This document shows, one piece after another, positions 26,933 to 36,081 of a stretch of DNA of 64,000 nucleotides. The position numbers and the translations under genes are program-made. Each line of letters begins with the position of its first letter. The stretch's first letter is position 1. Origin of the DNA: Ferruginibacter sp. (GTDB taxonomy: Bacteria > Bacteroidota > Bacteroidia > Chitinophagales > Chitinophagaceae). The notes beneath the pieces are model-generated. The model searched no databases and was not told the origin of the DNA. It saw only the letters and a program-made list of their open reading frames with translations. Where the stretch lies: contig JAYRPG010000174.1 of assembly GCA_041911275.1 (NCBI GenBank), positions 24,268-88,267 of the forward strand, read 5' to 3'.

Positions 26933-27604
26933 ATGCGTTCTGATCAATGGATAGCTTATTATCTGGGCCTGCAGCCCCCTGCCTCCCTGCCCCGGGGCGT
27001 GGAAGTGCTGTGCCCCTATACCGAACCGGCCGTGCAGCAGGTCACGCGGCAGTTTTTCCAGCGCTTTTTCCGGGATAAGCAGCCAAGGAAACTCATCCTG
27101 GGCATTAACCCCGGCCGGCTGGGCGCAGGCATCACCGGCATCAATTTCACGGCACCGCGGCAGCTGAGTGAAAACTGCGGCATTGCCCATCCCCTGGGCA
27201 ACCAGTCTGAGTTGTCTGCCGAATTCATCTATACCGTCATCGCCCGTTATGGCGGGCCCGAAACCTTCTACCGGCACTGGCTGATTGGTTCGGTATGCCC
27301 GCTGGGCTTCATCCGCAACGGGCGCAACCTGAATTATTACGATGAGCCCGCCCTGCTGGAAAAAGTGAAACCTTTTATCATTGAGCAGATCAGCCGTCAA
27401 ACCGAACTGGCCGGGCGTCCGGAAGTGTGCATCTGCCTGGGCGAGGGTAAAAATCTGCGCATCCTGCAGCAGCTCAACAGCACCCACCAATGGTTCAGAG
27501 AGATCCATCCCCTGCCGCACCCGCGCTTTGTGATGCAATACAAACGAAAAGAACTGGAAAACTATATCCGCCTTTATCTTGACCGGCTTCGGGCCATCAG
27601 CTGA
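26933..27604 (+). CDS. Uracil-DNA glycosylase superfamily protein, DUF4918/SMUG2-like
   Basis: UDG-type motif-1-like LILGINPGRLGAGITGINFT; about 220 aa. Assigned from memory of the family, not from a search. Confidence 0.5.
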   Translation: MRSDQWIAYYLGLQPPASLPRGVEVLCPYTEPAVQQVTRQFFQRFFRDKQPRKLILGINPGRLGAGITGINFTAPRQLSENCGIAHPLGNQSELSAEFIYTVIARYGGPETFYRHWLIGSVCPLGFIRNGRNLNYYDEPALLEKVKPFIIEQISRQTELAGRPEVCICLGEGKNLRILQQLNSTHQWFREIHPLPHPRFVMQYKRKELENYIRLYLDRLRAIS

Positions 27605-28457
27605 AACGCTGCAGGATGGCGGCACATTCACCCGCATAATGCCCGCCAAATAACACCGCATGCACCAGTAAGGGATACAACTGGGTGAGGGGCACCCGTT
27701 CGCGCCAGCCCGGTGCCAGTGGCCAGGCAGCTTCATAGGCGGCATAAAACCGCTGATCAAATCCGCCGAACAATAAACTCATGCCCAGGTCCATCTCCCG
27801 GTGACCTACATATACCGAAGGATCAATCAGCACAGGCGCCCCCTGTGCATTTACCAGGAAATTACCCCTCCAGCAATCGCCGTGCAGCAACGCCGGGGGG
27901 TCAGCCGGAAACAGATCGGGCAGGCGCAGACAGAGCCGCTCACCGTGAGCCAACATCGCTGCGGAGAAAACACCTTGGTTGACGAGTTGCTGCACCAGGG
28001 GAAGCAACCGGCATTCCGCGTAGAAGGATGGCCATTGCGGATGCCGGGTATTGCATTGCGGCAAAAGGCCGATGTAATTATCCGTTTCCCAGCCAAAATC
28101 CGGAAAACTGCAGCGGTGCAATGCGGCCAGTCCCACCCCCAGTTCATCCCAGAAAGCCGCACCGGACCGGCCGGGTGCAACCCATGGCAGCAGGAGATAC
28201 TGCCAACCGGCCACGGTTCCCTGCCGCAGCACTTCCGGCACCTGCAGCGGGGTGTTTTTCTGCAATACCGCCAGTGCAGCCGCCTCCTGAAACAGCATAT
28301 CCGGATAAGGGTGAACAGGATGGCATTTCAGAAAAAAATCACCGCTGCCCGTACACACATGGAAAGCGCGATCCATGCTGCCGCCAGGGAGCGGATACAC
28401 GGCGGTGGCCCGGAGGCCGGCCTCGTTGAAAACAGTATGCAGGGAAGCGCTGGTCAT
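27597..28457 (-). CDS. Fructosamine/ketosamine-3-kinase family protein
   Basis: LPGGSMDRAF...FLK..., LLHGDCWRGNF and a 286-aa APH-like fold. Confidence 0.82.
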   Translation of the reverse strand: MTSASLHTVFNEAGLRATAVYPLPGGSMDRAFHVCTGSGDFFLKCHPVHPYPDMLFQEAAALAVLQKNTPLQVPEVLRQGTVAGWQYLLLPWVAPGRSGAAFWDELGVGLAALHRCSFPDFGWETDNYIGLLPQCNTRHPQWPSFYAECRLLPLVQQLVNQGVFSAAMLAHGERLCLRLPDLFPADPPALLHGDCWRGNFLVNAQGAPVLIDPSVYVGHREMDLGMSLLFGGFDQRFYAAYEAAWPLAPGWRERVPLTQLYPLLVHAVLFGGHYAGECAAILQRFS

Positions 28458-28681
28458 GAAAGCAAACGACGGATCAGGGCCGTAATAACGGTGATGCCTG
28501 CACTAAAAATCAGCATCGTGGTGATGGGGATATAGAGGCGGAAACCCGCTCTTTCCATCCGGATATCACCGGGCAGCCGGCCGACCCATTGCAGCCAGTC
28601 GTGAAAAAAATACAGCAGCGCACCCAGGAGCAGGAGCAGGGCGCCTCCCAGCATCAGGTATTTACCCGTTTCAGCGTTCAT
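28454..28681 (-). CDS. DUF2905 family small membrane protein
   Basis: 75 aa, two TM helices, GRLPGDI motif. It overlaps the downstream gene by 4 nt. Confidence 0.7.
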   Translation of the reverse strand: MNAETGKYLMLGGALLLLLGALLYFFHDWLQWVGRLPGDIRMERAGFRLYIPITTMLIFSAGITVITALIRRLLS

Positions 28682-28739
28682 GAGATAAAATTAGGCACAG
28701 GCCGTCAACCATCCCGGAATTAGGTTGTACTTTTCGGAC

Positions 28740-29243
28740 ATGCAAAACGCCGCTGATTATATCCGGTTTTATCAGCTCCGGCCGCACCCGGAAGGGGGCT
28801 GGTACGGGGAAACCTACCGCAGCAACGGCCTGATTCCGGAAACGGCACTGCCCGCAGGCTTTTCCGGAGCAAGGCCCTACTCCACCGCCATCTATTTTTT
28901 ACTGGAAGCCGGAAATTTCTCAGCCTTTCACCGGATCCGCAGTGATGAATGCTGGCACTTTTACGCCGGCGATCCGCTGGAGATCTTCATCCTCCACCCT
29001 CACGGGCAATTGCAACTGATCCGCCTTGGCCCTGATGTAGTGCAAGCCGAGCAGTTTCAGTTCGTGGTGCCGGCGCATTGCTGGTTTGCCAGCCGTCCGG
29101 CGCCGGGCAGCCGGTACAGTTTTGTGGGTTGCACCGTTGCACCGGGGTTTGATTTCCGGGATTTTGAACTGGCCGGAGCAGACGCACTGGCCACTGATTT
29201 CCCCGCCCATGCGGCCCTGATCCGCACGCTTTGCCGTCAATAA
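28740..29243 (+). CDS. Cupin (DUF985 / cupin_5) protein
   Basis: L.PHPEGGWY.ETYRS...IYFLL...S.FHR...E.WH.Y.G pattern. Confidence 0.78.
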   Translation: MQNAADYIRFYQLRPHPEGGWYGETYRSNGLIPETALPAGFSGARPYSTAIYFLLEAGNFSAFHRIRSDECWHFYAGDPLEIFILHPHGQLQLIRLGPDVVQAEQFQFVVPAHCWFASRPAPGSRYSFVGCTVAPGFDFRDFELAGADALATDFPAHAALIRTLCRQ

Positions 29244-29287
29244 AAAAAGACGGCATCCGGCCGCAGGGCCAAAGATGCCGTCATTTT
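29242..29287. terminator. Bidirectional terminator between the cupin gene and fbaB
   Basis: AAAAAAA, then a perfect 9-bp stem GACGGCATC / GATGCCGTC, then ATTTT. Confidence 0.65.
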
Positions 29288-29301
29288 CCGGGCTGATCAG
29301 A

Positions 29302-30375
29302 TCAGGCTATGGTAATGCTGCTGTCCAGGTACACATCCTGGATCGCATGCAGGATTTCCACCCCTTCCTTCATCGGCCGCTGGAATGCCTTGCGGCCAGA
29401 GATGAGGCCCATGCCGCCTGCCCGCTTATTGATCACGGCAGTGGTGACAGCTTCGGCCAGATCACCGGCGCCGGAGGAGGCGCCACCGCTGTTGATGAGC
29501 CCCGCCCGGCCCATATAACAATTGGCCACCTGGTAACGGCAGAGGTCGATCGGGTGATCGGAAGTGAGGTCGGTATAAATCCGCTTGTCATTTTTTCCGT
29601 AGGCCGATTCTTTGGTATTGAGGGCTGTATAGCCACCGTTGTTTTCGGGAAGCTTTTGCTTGATGATATCGGCTTCAATGGTTACCCCCAGGTGATTGGC
29701 CTGGCCGGTGAGATCGGCGGATACATGATAATCCACCCCGTCTTTTTTAAAGGCCGGATTGCGGAGGTAACACCAGAGTATGGTGGCCATCCCCAGTTCA
29801 TGCGCCATTTCAAAAGCCCGGCTTACTTCCTGGATCTGCCGGGTAGATTCTTCGCTGCCGAAATAGATGGTTGCCCCCACGGCGGCGGCACCCAGGTTCC
29901 AGCTGGCGCGGATAGACGCAAACATCACCTGGTCAAATTTATTGGGATAAGTGAGGAATTCGTTGTGATTGATTTTAACAATGAAGGGAATTTTATGGGC
30001 ATACTTACGCGACAGCATGCCCAGGCCGCCATAAGTGGTGGCTACCGCGTTGCAGCCGCCCTCAATGGCCAGCCGGATGATGTTTTCGGGATCGAAATAA
30101 ACCGGATTCTTCGCAAAGGAGGCGCCGCCGCTGTGCTCAATCCCCTGGTCAACCGGAAGGATGGAGAGGTAGCCGGATTGTGCCAGGCGGCCCTGGTTGT
30201 ACAGGGCCTGCAGGTTACGCAGCACCGTGGGGTTGCGGTCGCTGCCCAGCCAGATGCGGTCAACAAAATCGGGACCGGGCAGGTGCAGCTGATCTTTACT
30301 GATGGTTTTGGACTGGTGATTGAGCAGGTACTCCGCTTTCTCGCCGAGCAGGGCTGCAATGGAGGTGGATGGCAT
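29302..30375 (-). CDS. fbaB: Class I fructose-bisphosphate aldolase (FbaB/DhnA type)
   Basis: [10 protein letters not shown], a Schiff-base-region sequence of the KINH type (FIVKINHNE), and the length of about 357 aa. Confidence 0.85.
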   Translation of the reverse strand: MPSTSIAALLGEKAEYLLNHQSKTISKDQLHLPGPDFVDRIWLGSDRNPTVLRNLQALYNQGRLAQSGYLSILPVDQGIEHSGGASFAKNPVYFDPENIIRLAIEGGCNAVATTYGGLGMLSRKYAHKIPFIVKINHNEFLTYPNKFDQVMFASIRASWNLGAAAVGATIYFGSEESTRQIQEVSRAFEMAHELGMATILWCYLRNPAFKKDGVDYHVSADLTGQANHLGVTIEADIIKQKLPENNGGYTALNTKESAYGKNDKRIYTDLTSDHPIDLCRYQVANCYMGRAGLINSGGASSGAGDLAEAVTTAVINKRAGGMGLISGRKAFQRPMKEGVEILHAIQDVYLDSSITIA

Positions 30376-30394
30376 AGAATCGTTTGTTTGCGTG

Positions 30395-30402
30395 CAAAGA
30401 TA
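30395..30402 (-). promoter_or_regulatory. -7 box TATCTTTG upstream of fbaB
   Basis: Matches TAnnTTTG on the - strand, 19 nt upstream of the ATG. Confidence 0.45.
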
Positions 30403-30552
30403 GCCGCCTGCCTGAGCCACGTTTCCGGAGCCGGCCGCGCCGGCTTCAGGAAAGCCGTTGCTTTCTTGAACCGCATTCAGCAGCCCTGCCGGTTCGTTGA
30501 AAGGGTTGCAACCAAAACCCGCTGCCCTTATCCGTACTCAAAATCTGCCGGA

Positions 30553-31347
30553 TCAGATAAAAATCTCGCCCTTGAGGTACAAGCGGCAGCGGCCGCCAAT
30601 GGCCACCCGTTCGGCATTGAGCTGGCGGCAGTACAGCTCACCGCCACGGGCCGAGAGCTGGCTGGCATGCAGGGTGGTTTTACCCAGCCTTTCGCTCCAG
30701 AACGGGATCAGCTGGGAATGGGCCGATCCGGTAACCGGATCCTCTTCAATGCCGGAGCCCGGCCCAAAGAACCGGGAAACAAAATCTGCCCGGCTGCCCC
30801 GCGCCGTGATGATGATGTGGTGGAAATGCTGCTTCATCAAACCAAAATCAGGGCGGCAATCCCTTACCGCTGCTTCATCAGCCATTTCCACGATCAGGTC
30901 GCGGTGCCGGTACAACCCCAGGATGGCCGGATTACCGAGTGACGCGGCAAGCGCATCAGGCAGGTCCGCTACCGGCTCAGGTTTCCAGGAGGGGAAATCA
31001 AGCGTGTACAACCCGTCGTTGACGCTTACCCTAAGATGCCCGCTAAGCGAATCCAGCACCAGTTCAGGTCCCTGAAAACCCAGGCATTCGTATAAGGCTG
31101 CCGCAGCAGCCAGGGTGGCATGACCGCAGAGATTCACTTCCACCGCCGGCGTAAACCAGCGGATGTGGTAATCAGCTCCGGAGCTGCCGCCGGGTAGGAT
31201 AAAGGCAGTTTCGCTGAGGTTGTTTTCCTGTGCGATCCGGAGCAGCAGGCCGTCATCGGGCCACGCAGACAGCGGCACCACGGCGGCGGGATTGCCACTG
31301 AAAGGGGTTTCCGCAAAAGCATCAAGCTGGTAGAGGGGTAAGGTCAT
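30553..31347 (-). CDS. PhzF family isomerase
   Basis: LYQLDAFAETPFSGNPAAVV...RWFTP..EV.LCGHATLA pattern. Confidence 0.85.
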   Translation of the reverse strand: MTLPLYQLDAFAETPFSGNPAAVVPLSAWPDDGLLLRIAQENNLSETAFILPGGSSGADYHIRWFTPAVEVNLCGHATLAAAAALYECLGFQGPELVLDSLSGHLRVSVNDGLYTLDFPSWKPEPVADLPDALAASLGNPAILGLYRHRDLIVEMADEAAVRDCRPDFGLMKQHFHHIIITARGSRADFVSRFFGPGSGIEEDPVTGSAHSQLIPFWSERLGKTTLHASQLSARGGELYCRQLNAERVAIGGRCRLYLKGEIFI

Positions 31348-31976
31348 GGGGAAGGTTTTTGCCGGATGTAGAAGGCGGGCAGGCCGAGCCTGAATTTAAC
31401 CGCCAGCAACCGGATGAAAAAAATGAGCAAAATACAGATGATCCTGGCCGCATCGGCATCCACCTGCAGGTGAAGGAGCAGGAAATACAGCAGTCCGCCG
31501 GCAACCGCAGCCATGGCATAAATTTCCTTCCGGAACACGAGGGGCACATGGTTGAGCAATACATCCCGGATCACGCCGCCGAAACTGGCGGTGATGGTTC
31601 CCAGGGCGATGCATACCCCCACGCTGAACTGCAGTTCGATGGCCTTTTCGATACCGATGAGGGTAAACAATCCCAGGCCCAGGGCATCGAAGAGGAAGAG
31701 CGTGGTGGTGAACCGGCGCAGGCGTGACTCAAAAAAAAGAGAAAGCAGGTAGGCCGTAAAAATGGTAACGGTAGCCGTTTCGTTGCGAAGCCAGCCCACG
31801 GGCAGGGTGCCGGTGAGCAGATCCCGCAGGGTACCGCCGCCGATGGCGGTAACAAAAGAGAGAATCAGTACCCCAAAGGGATCCAGTTTTTTCTCCATGG
31901 CAAAAAATGCACCCGACACCGCAAACGAGAAGGTGCCCAGCACATCAATGACCTGCAGAAGTCCGCTGTTGAACAT
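31344..31976 (-). CDS. Trimeric intracellular cation channel-like membrane protein (UPF0126, YadS/YicG family)
   Basis: Two UPF0126 repeats (GGGTLRDLL and FGGVIRDVLL). The ATG at 31976 is preferred over the TTG at 31985. Confidence 0.8.
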   Translation of the reverse strand: MFNSGLLQVIDVLGTFSFAVSGAFFAMEKKLDPFGVLILSFVTAIGGGTLRDLLTGTLPVGWLRNETATVTIFTAYLLSLFFESRLRRFTTTLFLFDALGLGLFTLIGIEKAIELQFSVGVCIALGTITASFGGVIRDVLLNHVPLVFRKEIYAMAAVAGGLLYFLLLHLQVDADAARIICILLIFFIRLLAVKFRLGLPAFYIRQKPSP

Positions 31977-32051
31977 TACTGACAAAATAAAGAGAGCCCG
32001 CTGTGGCCGCCGGAATCAATCTTGCAGCCGGCAGTATACCGGTGGCAGCGG

Positions 32052-34448
32052 TTATTCGGCCATCATGGCCTTCACCACCCGGATCACATCTTCCGTATTG
32101 GGCTTGCTGAAATAATCGCCGTCGCTGGCATATGATGGCCGGTGATCGCGGGCGGTAAGGGTGCGGGGGGCCGCGTCGAGGTAGCGGTATCCGCCCTGCT
32201 CCTCCATCACCTTGTTGAACATATAAGCCGCCGCGCCTCCCGGCACATCTTCATCCACAAACAGGATCCGGCTGGTTTTCTTCAGCGAGTTCAGGATGCG
32301 GTGCTGCAGGTCAAAAGGCAGGAGGGTCTGTACATCGATCACCTCGCAGCTGATCTGCATTTTCTGCAGCGCCTCCGCGGCTTCCATCACAATGCGCAGC
32401 GTGGAGCCGTAGGAAACAATCGTGATATCGGTACCGCTGCGCAGCACTTCGGGTATGCCGAGCGGCACCGTTATGCTGAGCAGGTTAACGGGCAGCTGCT
32501 CCTTGAGCCGGTATCCGTTCAGGCATTCAATCACGATGGCGGGGTCATTGCCCTGCAACAGGGTATTGTACATGCCGGCCGCCTGCACCATGTTCCGGGG
32601 CACACAAACGTAAAATCCGCGAAGGGCGTTGATGATCATGCCCATCGGGGAGCCGCTGTGCCAGATCCCTTCCAGCCGGTGGCCCCGGGTGCGCACGATG
32701 ATGGGACAGCTCTGTGCCCCCGCCGTGCGGAAATGGGTGGTGGCCGCGTCGTCGCTGAGCGGCTGCAGGCCGTAGAGCAGGTAGTCGAGGTACTGGATTT
32801 CGGCAATCGGCCGCAGCCCGCGCAGGGCCAGCCCGATTCCCTGCCCCATGATCGACAGCTCACGGATACCCGTATCCGAAATACGGTCCGTTCCGTAACG
32901 GGCCTGCAGTCCGGCAAAGCCCTGGTTCACATCCCCGATATAACCCACATCTTCCCCGAAGGCGGTGACCTTATCGTTGCTGGCAAACAGTTCGTCGAAA
33001 TAACGGTTCAGGATTTCATAACCGTTGACATAAACAGGGGTATCGGGATATTCAGCCCGGATTTCCGGCACCCGCAGGGCCGAGCGGCTGCCCTCGTTGT
33101 AGAGATAACTGTTGTACAGCCGGCGGTTTTCGGCCATGAGCTGCGCATAATGTTCCTGCAGACTCCGGGCGGCGGGTACGGCTCCGGCAATGTCGAGGGC
33201 CGTAGCCAGGGCCTTCATGACTTCGCGGCGGAGGGGTTCTTTGTGCTGTTCCAGTTCCGTGGCAATCTTCTGCACTTCGGCAGCGCCTGATTCCGGCAGC
33301 TCCGCGGCCAGCGCCCGGAGACGGGGCACACAAGCGGCGGCCTGCTGCTGCACCGGTGCGAGGAATTTTTCCCAGGCACGCTGCTTGCTTTCCTTCACAA
33401 ACAGCTTGGCCTGCATTTCGATATCGTTCAGTTCCTGCTCTTCCGCCAGGGAATTGGCCAGGATCCATTGCCGCATCTGCCTCAGGCAGTCCCATTCTTT
33501 TTCCCAGGCCAGCCTTTCTGGATTTTTATAACGTTCATGGCTACCCGAAGTGGAATGTCCCTGCGGTTGTGTGATTTCTTCAATATGAAACAGGGCGGGG
33601 GTATGGGTATCCCGGATTTTCTGGATGGCGGGTTCAAACACTTCGCACATGCCTGCATAGTCCCAGCCTTTCAGCCGGTAAATGTCCAGGCCGTTGGTCC
33701 CCTCTTTTTTCTGCATGCCCTGCAGGGCTTCGGAAACCGAACCCTTGGTGGTCTGGAACTGCTTGGGCACGGAGATGCCATAGCCATCGTCCCACACAAA
33801 AATGGCAAGGGGTACCTGCAGCACGCCGGCGGCATTCACCACCTCCCAGAAATGGCCTTCACTGGTAGAGGCGTCGCCGATGGTGCAAAAGCAGATTTCA
33901 TTGCCGTTATCGCTCAGGTCGGTATGGTGGCGGAAAGCCTCTACTTTCCGGAACAGTTTGGAAGCCAGGGCCAGGCCCAGCGCCCGGGGCATCTGCCCGG
34001 CGGTGGGGGCCATATCGCTGCTGCTGTTCCGCAGGCGGGCCAGGGGCAGCCAGTTGCCGGCTTCATCCACATTGCGGGTGGCAAAATGGGCATTCATCTG
34101 TCGGCCGGCGCTGAAGGGATCGTGTGCAGGATCGGGGTCGGAAAAAAGCTGCGAGAAATACTGCTCCACCGAGGCAATGCCCGCAGCCATCATGAAGGTC
34201 TGGTCGCGGTAATACCCCGCCCGGATATCTCCCGGCCGGAAAAACTTGGCCACCGCCACCTGGGCCACTTCCTTTCCGTCGCCGAAGATGCCAAACTTGG
34301 CCTTGCCGGTCAGCACTTCCTTGCGGCCCAGCAGGCTGGTTTCGCGGCTTTCACAGGCAACCCGGTAATCTTTCAGCACTTCCTGGCGGAAATTTTCAAA
34401 GCTCAGGTTTTCAAGCAGGGCGGCTTCATTTCCGGTTAAGGTTTCCAT
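32052..34448 (-). CDS. Fused alpha/beta E1 component of a 2-oxoacid (branched-chain-type) dehydrogenase
   Basis: An N-terminal TPP-binding alpha part is fused to a transketolase-like beta part; 798 aa. The start at METLTGNEAA is preferred. Confidence 0.85.
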   Translation of the reverse strand: METLTGNEAALLENLSFENFRQEVLKDYRVACESRETSLLGRKEVLTGKAKFGIFGDGKEVAQVAVAKFFRPGDIRAGYYRDQTFMMAAGIASVEQYFSQLFSDPDPAHDPFSAGRQMNAHFATRNVDEAGNWLPLARLRNSSSDMAPTAGQMPRALGLALASKLFRKVEAFRHHTDLSDNGNEICFCTIGDASTSEGHFWEVVNAAGVLQVPLAIFVWDDGYGISVPKQFQTTKGSVSEALQGMQKKEGTNGLDIYRLKGWDYAGMCEVFEPAIQKIRDTHTPALFHIEEITQPQGHSTSGSHERYKNPERLAWEKEWDCLRQMRQWILANSLAEEQELNDIEMQAKLFVKESKQRAWEKFLAPVQQQAAACVPRLRALAAELPESGAAEVQKIATELEQHKEPLRREVMKALATALDIAGAVPAARSLQEHYAQLMAENRRLYNSYLYNEGSRSALRVPEIRAEYPDTPVYVNGYEILNRYFDELFASNDKVTAFGEDVGYIGDVNQGFAGLQARYGTDRISDTGIRELSIMGQGIGLALRGLRPIAEIQYLDYLLYGLQPLSDDAATTHFRTAGAQSCPIIVRTRGHRLEGIWHSGSPMGMIINALRGFYVCVPRNMVQAAGMYNTLLQGNDPAIVIECLNGYRLKEQLPVNLLSITVPLGIPEVLRSGTDITIVSYGSTLRIVMEAAEALQKMQISCEVIDVQTLLPFDLQHRILNSLKKTSRILFVDEDVPGGAAAYMFNKVMEEQGGYRYLDAAPRTLTARDHRPSYASDGDYFSKPNTEDVIRVVKAMMAE

Positions 34449-34452
34449 GCGA

Positions 34453-34460
34453 CAAATGTA
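34453..34460 (-). promoter_or_regulatory. -7 box TACATTTG, 4 nt upstream of the E1 ATG
   Basis: The - strand reads TACATTTG-TCGC-ATG. Confidence 0.45.
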
Positions 34461-34533
34461 GAGTTTTAGGTTGCACGTTTTGTTAAAAATATCCAAACGA
34501 AACCACATTTAGAAGGGTTTCTGCCTGAAATTG

Positions 34534-34541
34534 TATCTTTG
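34534..34541 (+). promoter_or_regulatory. -7 box TATCTTTG upstream of the first DUF1573 gene
   Basis: Matches TAnnTTTG, 28 nt before the ATG at 34570. Confidence 0.45.
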
Positions 34542-34569
34542 GAACAATATTTGAAAATTGAGGTTGGGT

Positions 34570-35037
34570 ATGAAAAAATTTTTTACACTTACCGCACTTG
34601 TTTCGATAACATTTATCAGCCAGGCACAGGTGATCGGCACCTCCAGCACTCCGCCCGCAACGGCTACCGCCCAGCCTGACCTGATCGCTTTCAAGGAGCC
34701 GGAGTTTGATTTCGGAAAAATTCCGCAGGGCAAACCGGTTACCCATTTCTTTGAGGTATACAACATCAGCAAGGATACCGTACGGATCTCGAATGTACAG
34801 GCCAGCTGTGGCTGCACCACCCCCGAATGGGAGCGCAACAAGGTGCTGGGCCCCGGTGAACACACCCAGATTAAAGTGGGCTACAATGCGGCCGCCGAAG
34901 GTCCGTTCACCAAAATGATCACCGTTACCTACAACAACAACCTTTCCAAATACATCACCATTAAAGGCGAGGTATGGAAAACACCGGCCAGTTCAGCACC
35001 GGAAAACAATGCGCTGAAAAGCCTGCAGGAAGACTGA
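34570..35037 (+). CDS. DUF1573 domain protein (secreted)
   Basis: Signal MKKFFTLTALVSITFISQAQ; FDFGKIPQG...N.S...V.I..V.ASCGCT.PEW. Confidence 0.8.
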   Translation: MKKFFTLTALVSITFISQAQVIGTSSTPPATATAQPDLIAFKEPEFDFGKIPQGKPVTHFFEVYNISKDTVRISNVQASCGCTTPEWERNKVLGPGEHTQIKVGYNAAAEGPFTKMITVTYNNNLSKYITIKGEVWKTPASSAPENNALKSLQED

Positions 35038-35081
35038 TTCCTTTTTTACTTTTGTTCACTTTTACTAAACTGAAAAATAAC

Positions 35082-35612
35082 ATGAAAAAAATTTTCTTCT
35101 CTGCCGCAGTGGCAATGCTGGGTATGACTGCCTTTGCGCAGGACAAAGTGGCTGATGTGGCCAAATTCGACTCCGAAACCATCAACTTCGGTAAAATCAA
35201 ACAGGGCGTCCCCCAAAAAGGCACCTTCACGGTTACCAATATTGGCAAAACCCCGCTGATCATTGAGCAGGCCAACCCTACCTGCGGCTGTACGATTTCT
35301 GATTACACCAAGGAGCCCATTGCTCCCGGCAAAACCGGTGTGATCAACGCCACCTACAATGCAGCTGCCATGGGTCATTTTGAAAAACACCTCACCGTGA
35401 AGTTTGCGGGCATCAACGAGATGAAATCCATCACGTTCACCGGTGATGTGCTGGCTGCTGAAGAGTACGACAAAATGAAAATGGAAGACGCCAAGGCATC
35501 CAAAGAAAAAGAATCAGCTGCCACCGTTGCCCCGGTCAGCAAAACGGCTGCCGCCCCTACCGCCAAAAAGGCCCCGGTAAAAACGCTGAAAAAAGCAGCG
35601 AAAACCAATTGA
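35082..35612 (+). CDS. DUF1573 domain protein paralogue with a Lys/Ala-rich C-terminal tail
   Basis: Signal MKKIFFSAAVAMLGMTAFAQ; INFGKIKQG...NPTCGCT. Tail is KASKEKESAATVAPVSKTAAAPTAKKAPVKTLKKAAKTN. Confidence 0.8.
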   Translation: MKKIFFSAAVAMLGMTAFAQDKVADVAKFDSETINFGKIKQGVPQKGTFTVTNIGKTPLIIEQANPTCGCTISDYTKEPIAPGKTGVINATYNAAAMGHFEKHLTVKFAGINEMKSITFTGDVLAAEEYDKMKMEDAKASKEKESAATVAPVSKTAAAPTAKKAPVKTLKKAAKTN

Positions 35613-35633
35613 GGATTTTCAGATCAACCTGAT

Positions 35634-35667
35634 AAAAAAAACCGGCAGAAATTCTGCCGGTTTTTTT
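35634..35667. terminator. Bidirectional terminator between the DUF1573 genes and the isc operon
   Basis: AAAAAAAA, then stem CCGGCAG / CTGCCGG, then TTTTTTT. Confidence 0.7.
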
Positions 35668-35695
35668 ATGGTTCGAAAAAAGTACTTGCCTTGCT

Positions 35696-36046
35696 TTACA
35701 CCGCAAAACTCTCGCCGCAACCGCAACTGCGGCTGGCGTTGGGATTGTTGAAATAAAAGCCTTTCCCGTTGAGTCCGTCGCTGAAGTCGAGCTCCGTGTT
35801 CACCAGGTACAGAAAACTCTTGAGATCGGTGACGATCCGGATCCCCTTGTCTTCGAAGGACTGGTCCATGGGCTTTTGCTCATTATCGAAATCCATTTTA
35901 TAGCTGAGGCCGCTGCAGCCCCCGCCCACCACGCTCACGCGCAGGAAATAGCTGGGGTCGTCGGCGATACCGGCATCCTGCATCAGCCGGATGACTTTTT
36001 CGCGGGCCTTGTCGCTGACAAAGATGGCGTTTTCAGTAGCTGTCAT
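35696..36046 (-). CDS. iscA: Iron-sulfur cluster insertion protein (IscA/HesB family)
   Basis: GGGCSG motif and C-terminal CGCGESF. The ATG at 36046 is preferred over the TTG at 36052. Confidence 0.85.
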   Translation of the reverse strand: MTATENAIFVSDKAREKVIRLMQDAGIADDPSYFLRVSVVGGGCSGLSYKMDFDNEQKPMDQSFEDKGIRIVTDLKSFLYLVNTELDFSDGLNGKGFYFNNPNASRSCGCGESFAV

Positions 36047-36081
36047 ATTCAATGCTTTAAGGGTGACGGGGCGGGCGCCGA

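Noticed and set aside
29275-30942. A 555-aa + strand ORF spanning the fbaB and phzF regions.
   Set aside because: It is antisense to two genes with clear family signatures. Its translation is Gly/Ala/Arg/His-rich with no motif, which is the usual long antisense ORF of GC-rich coding DNA.
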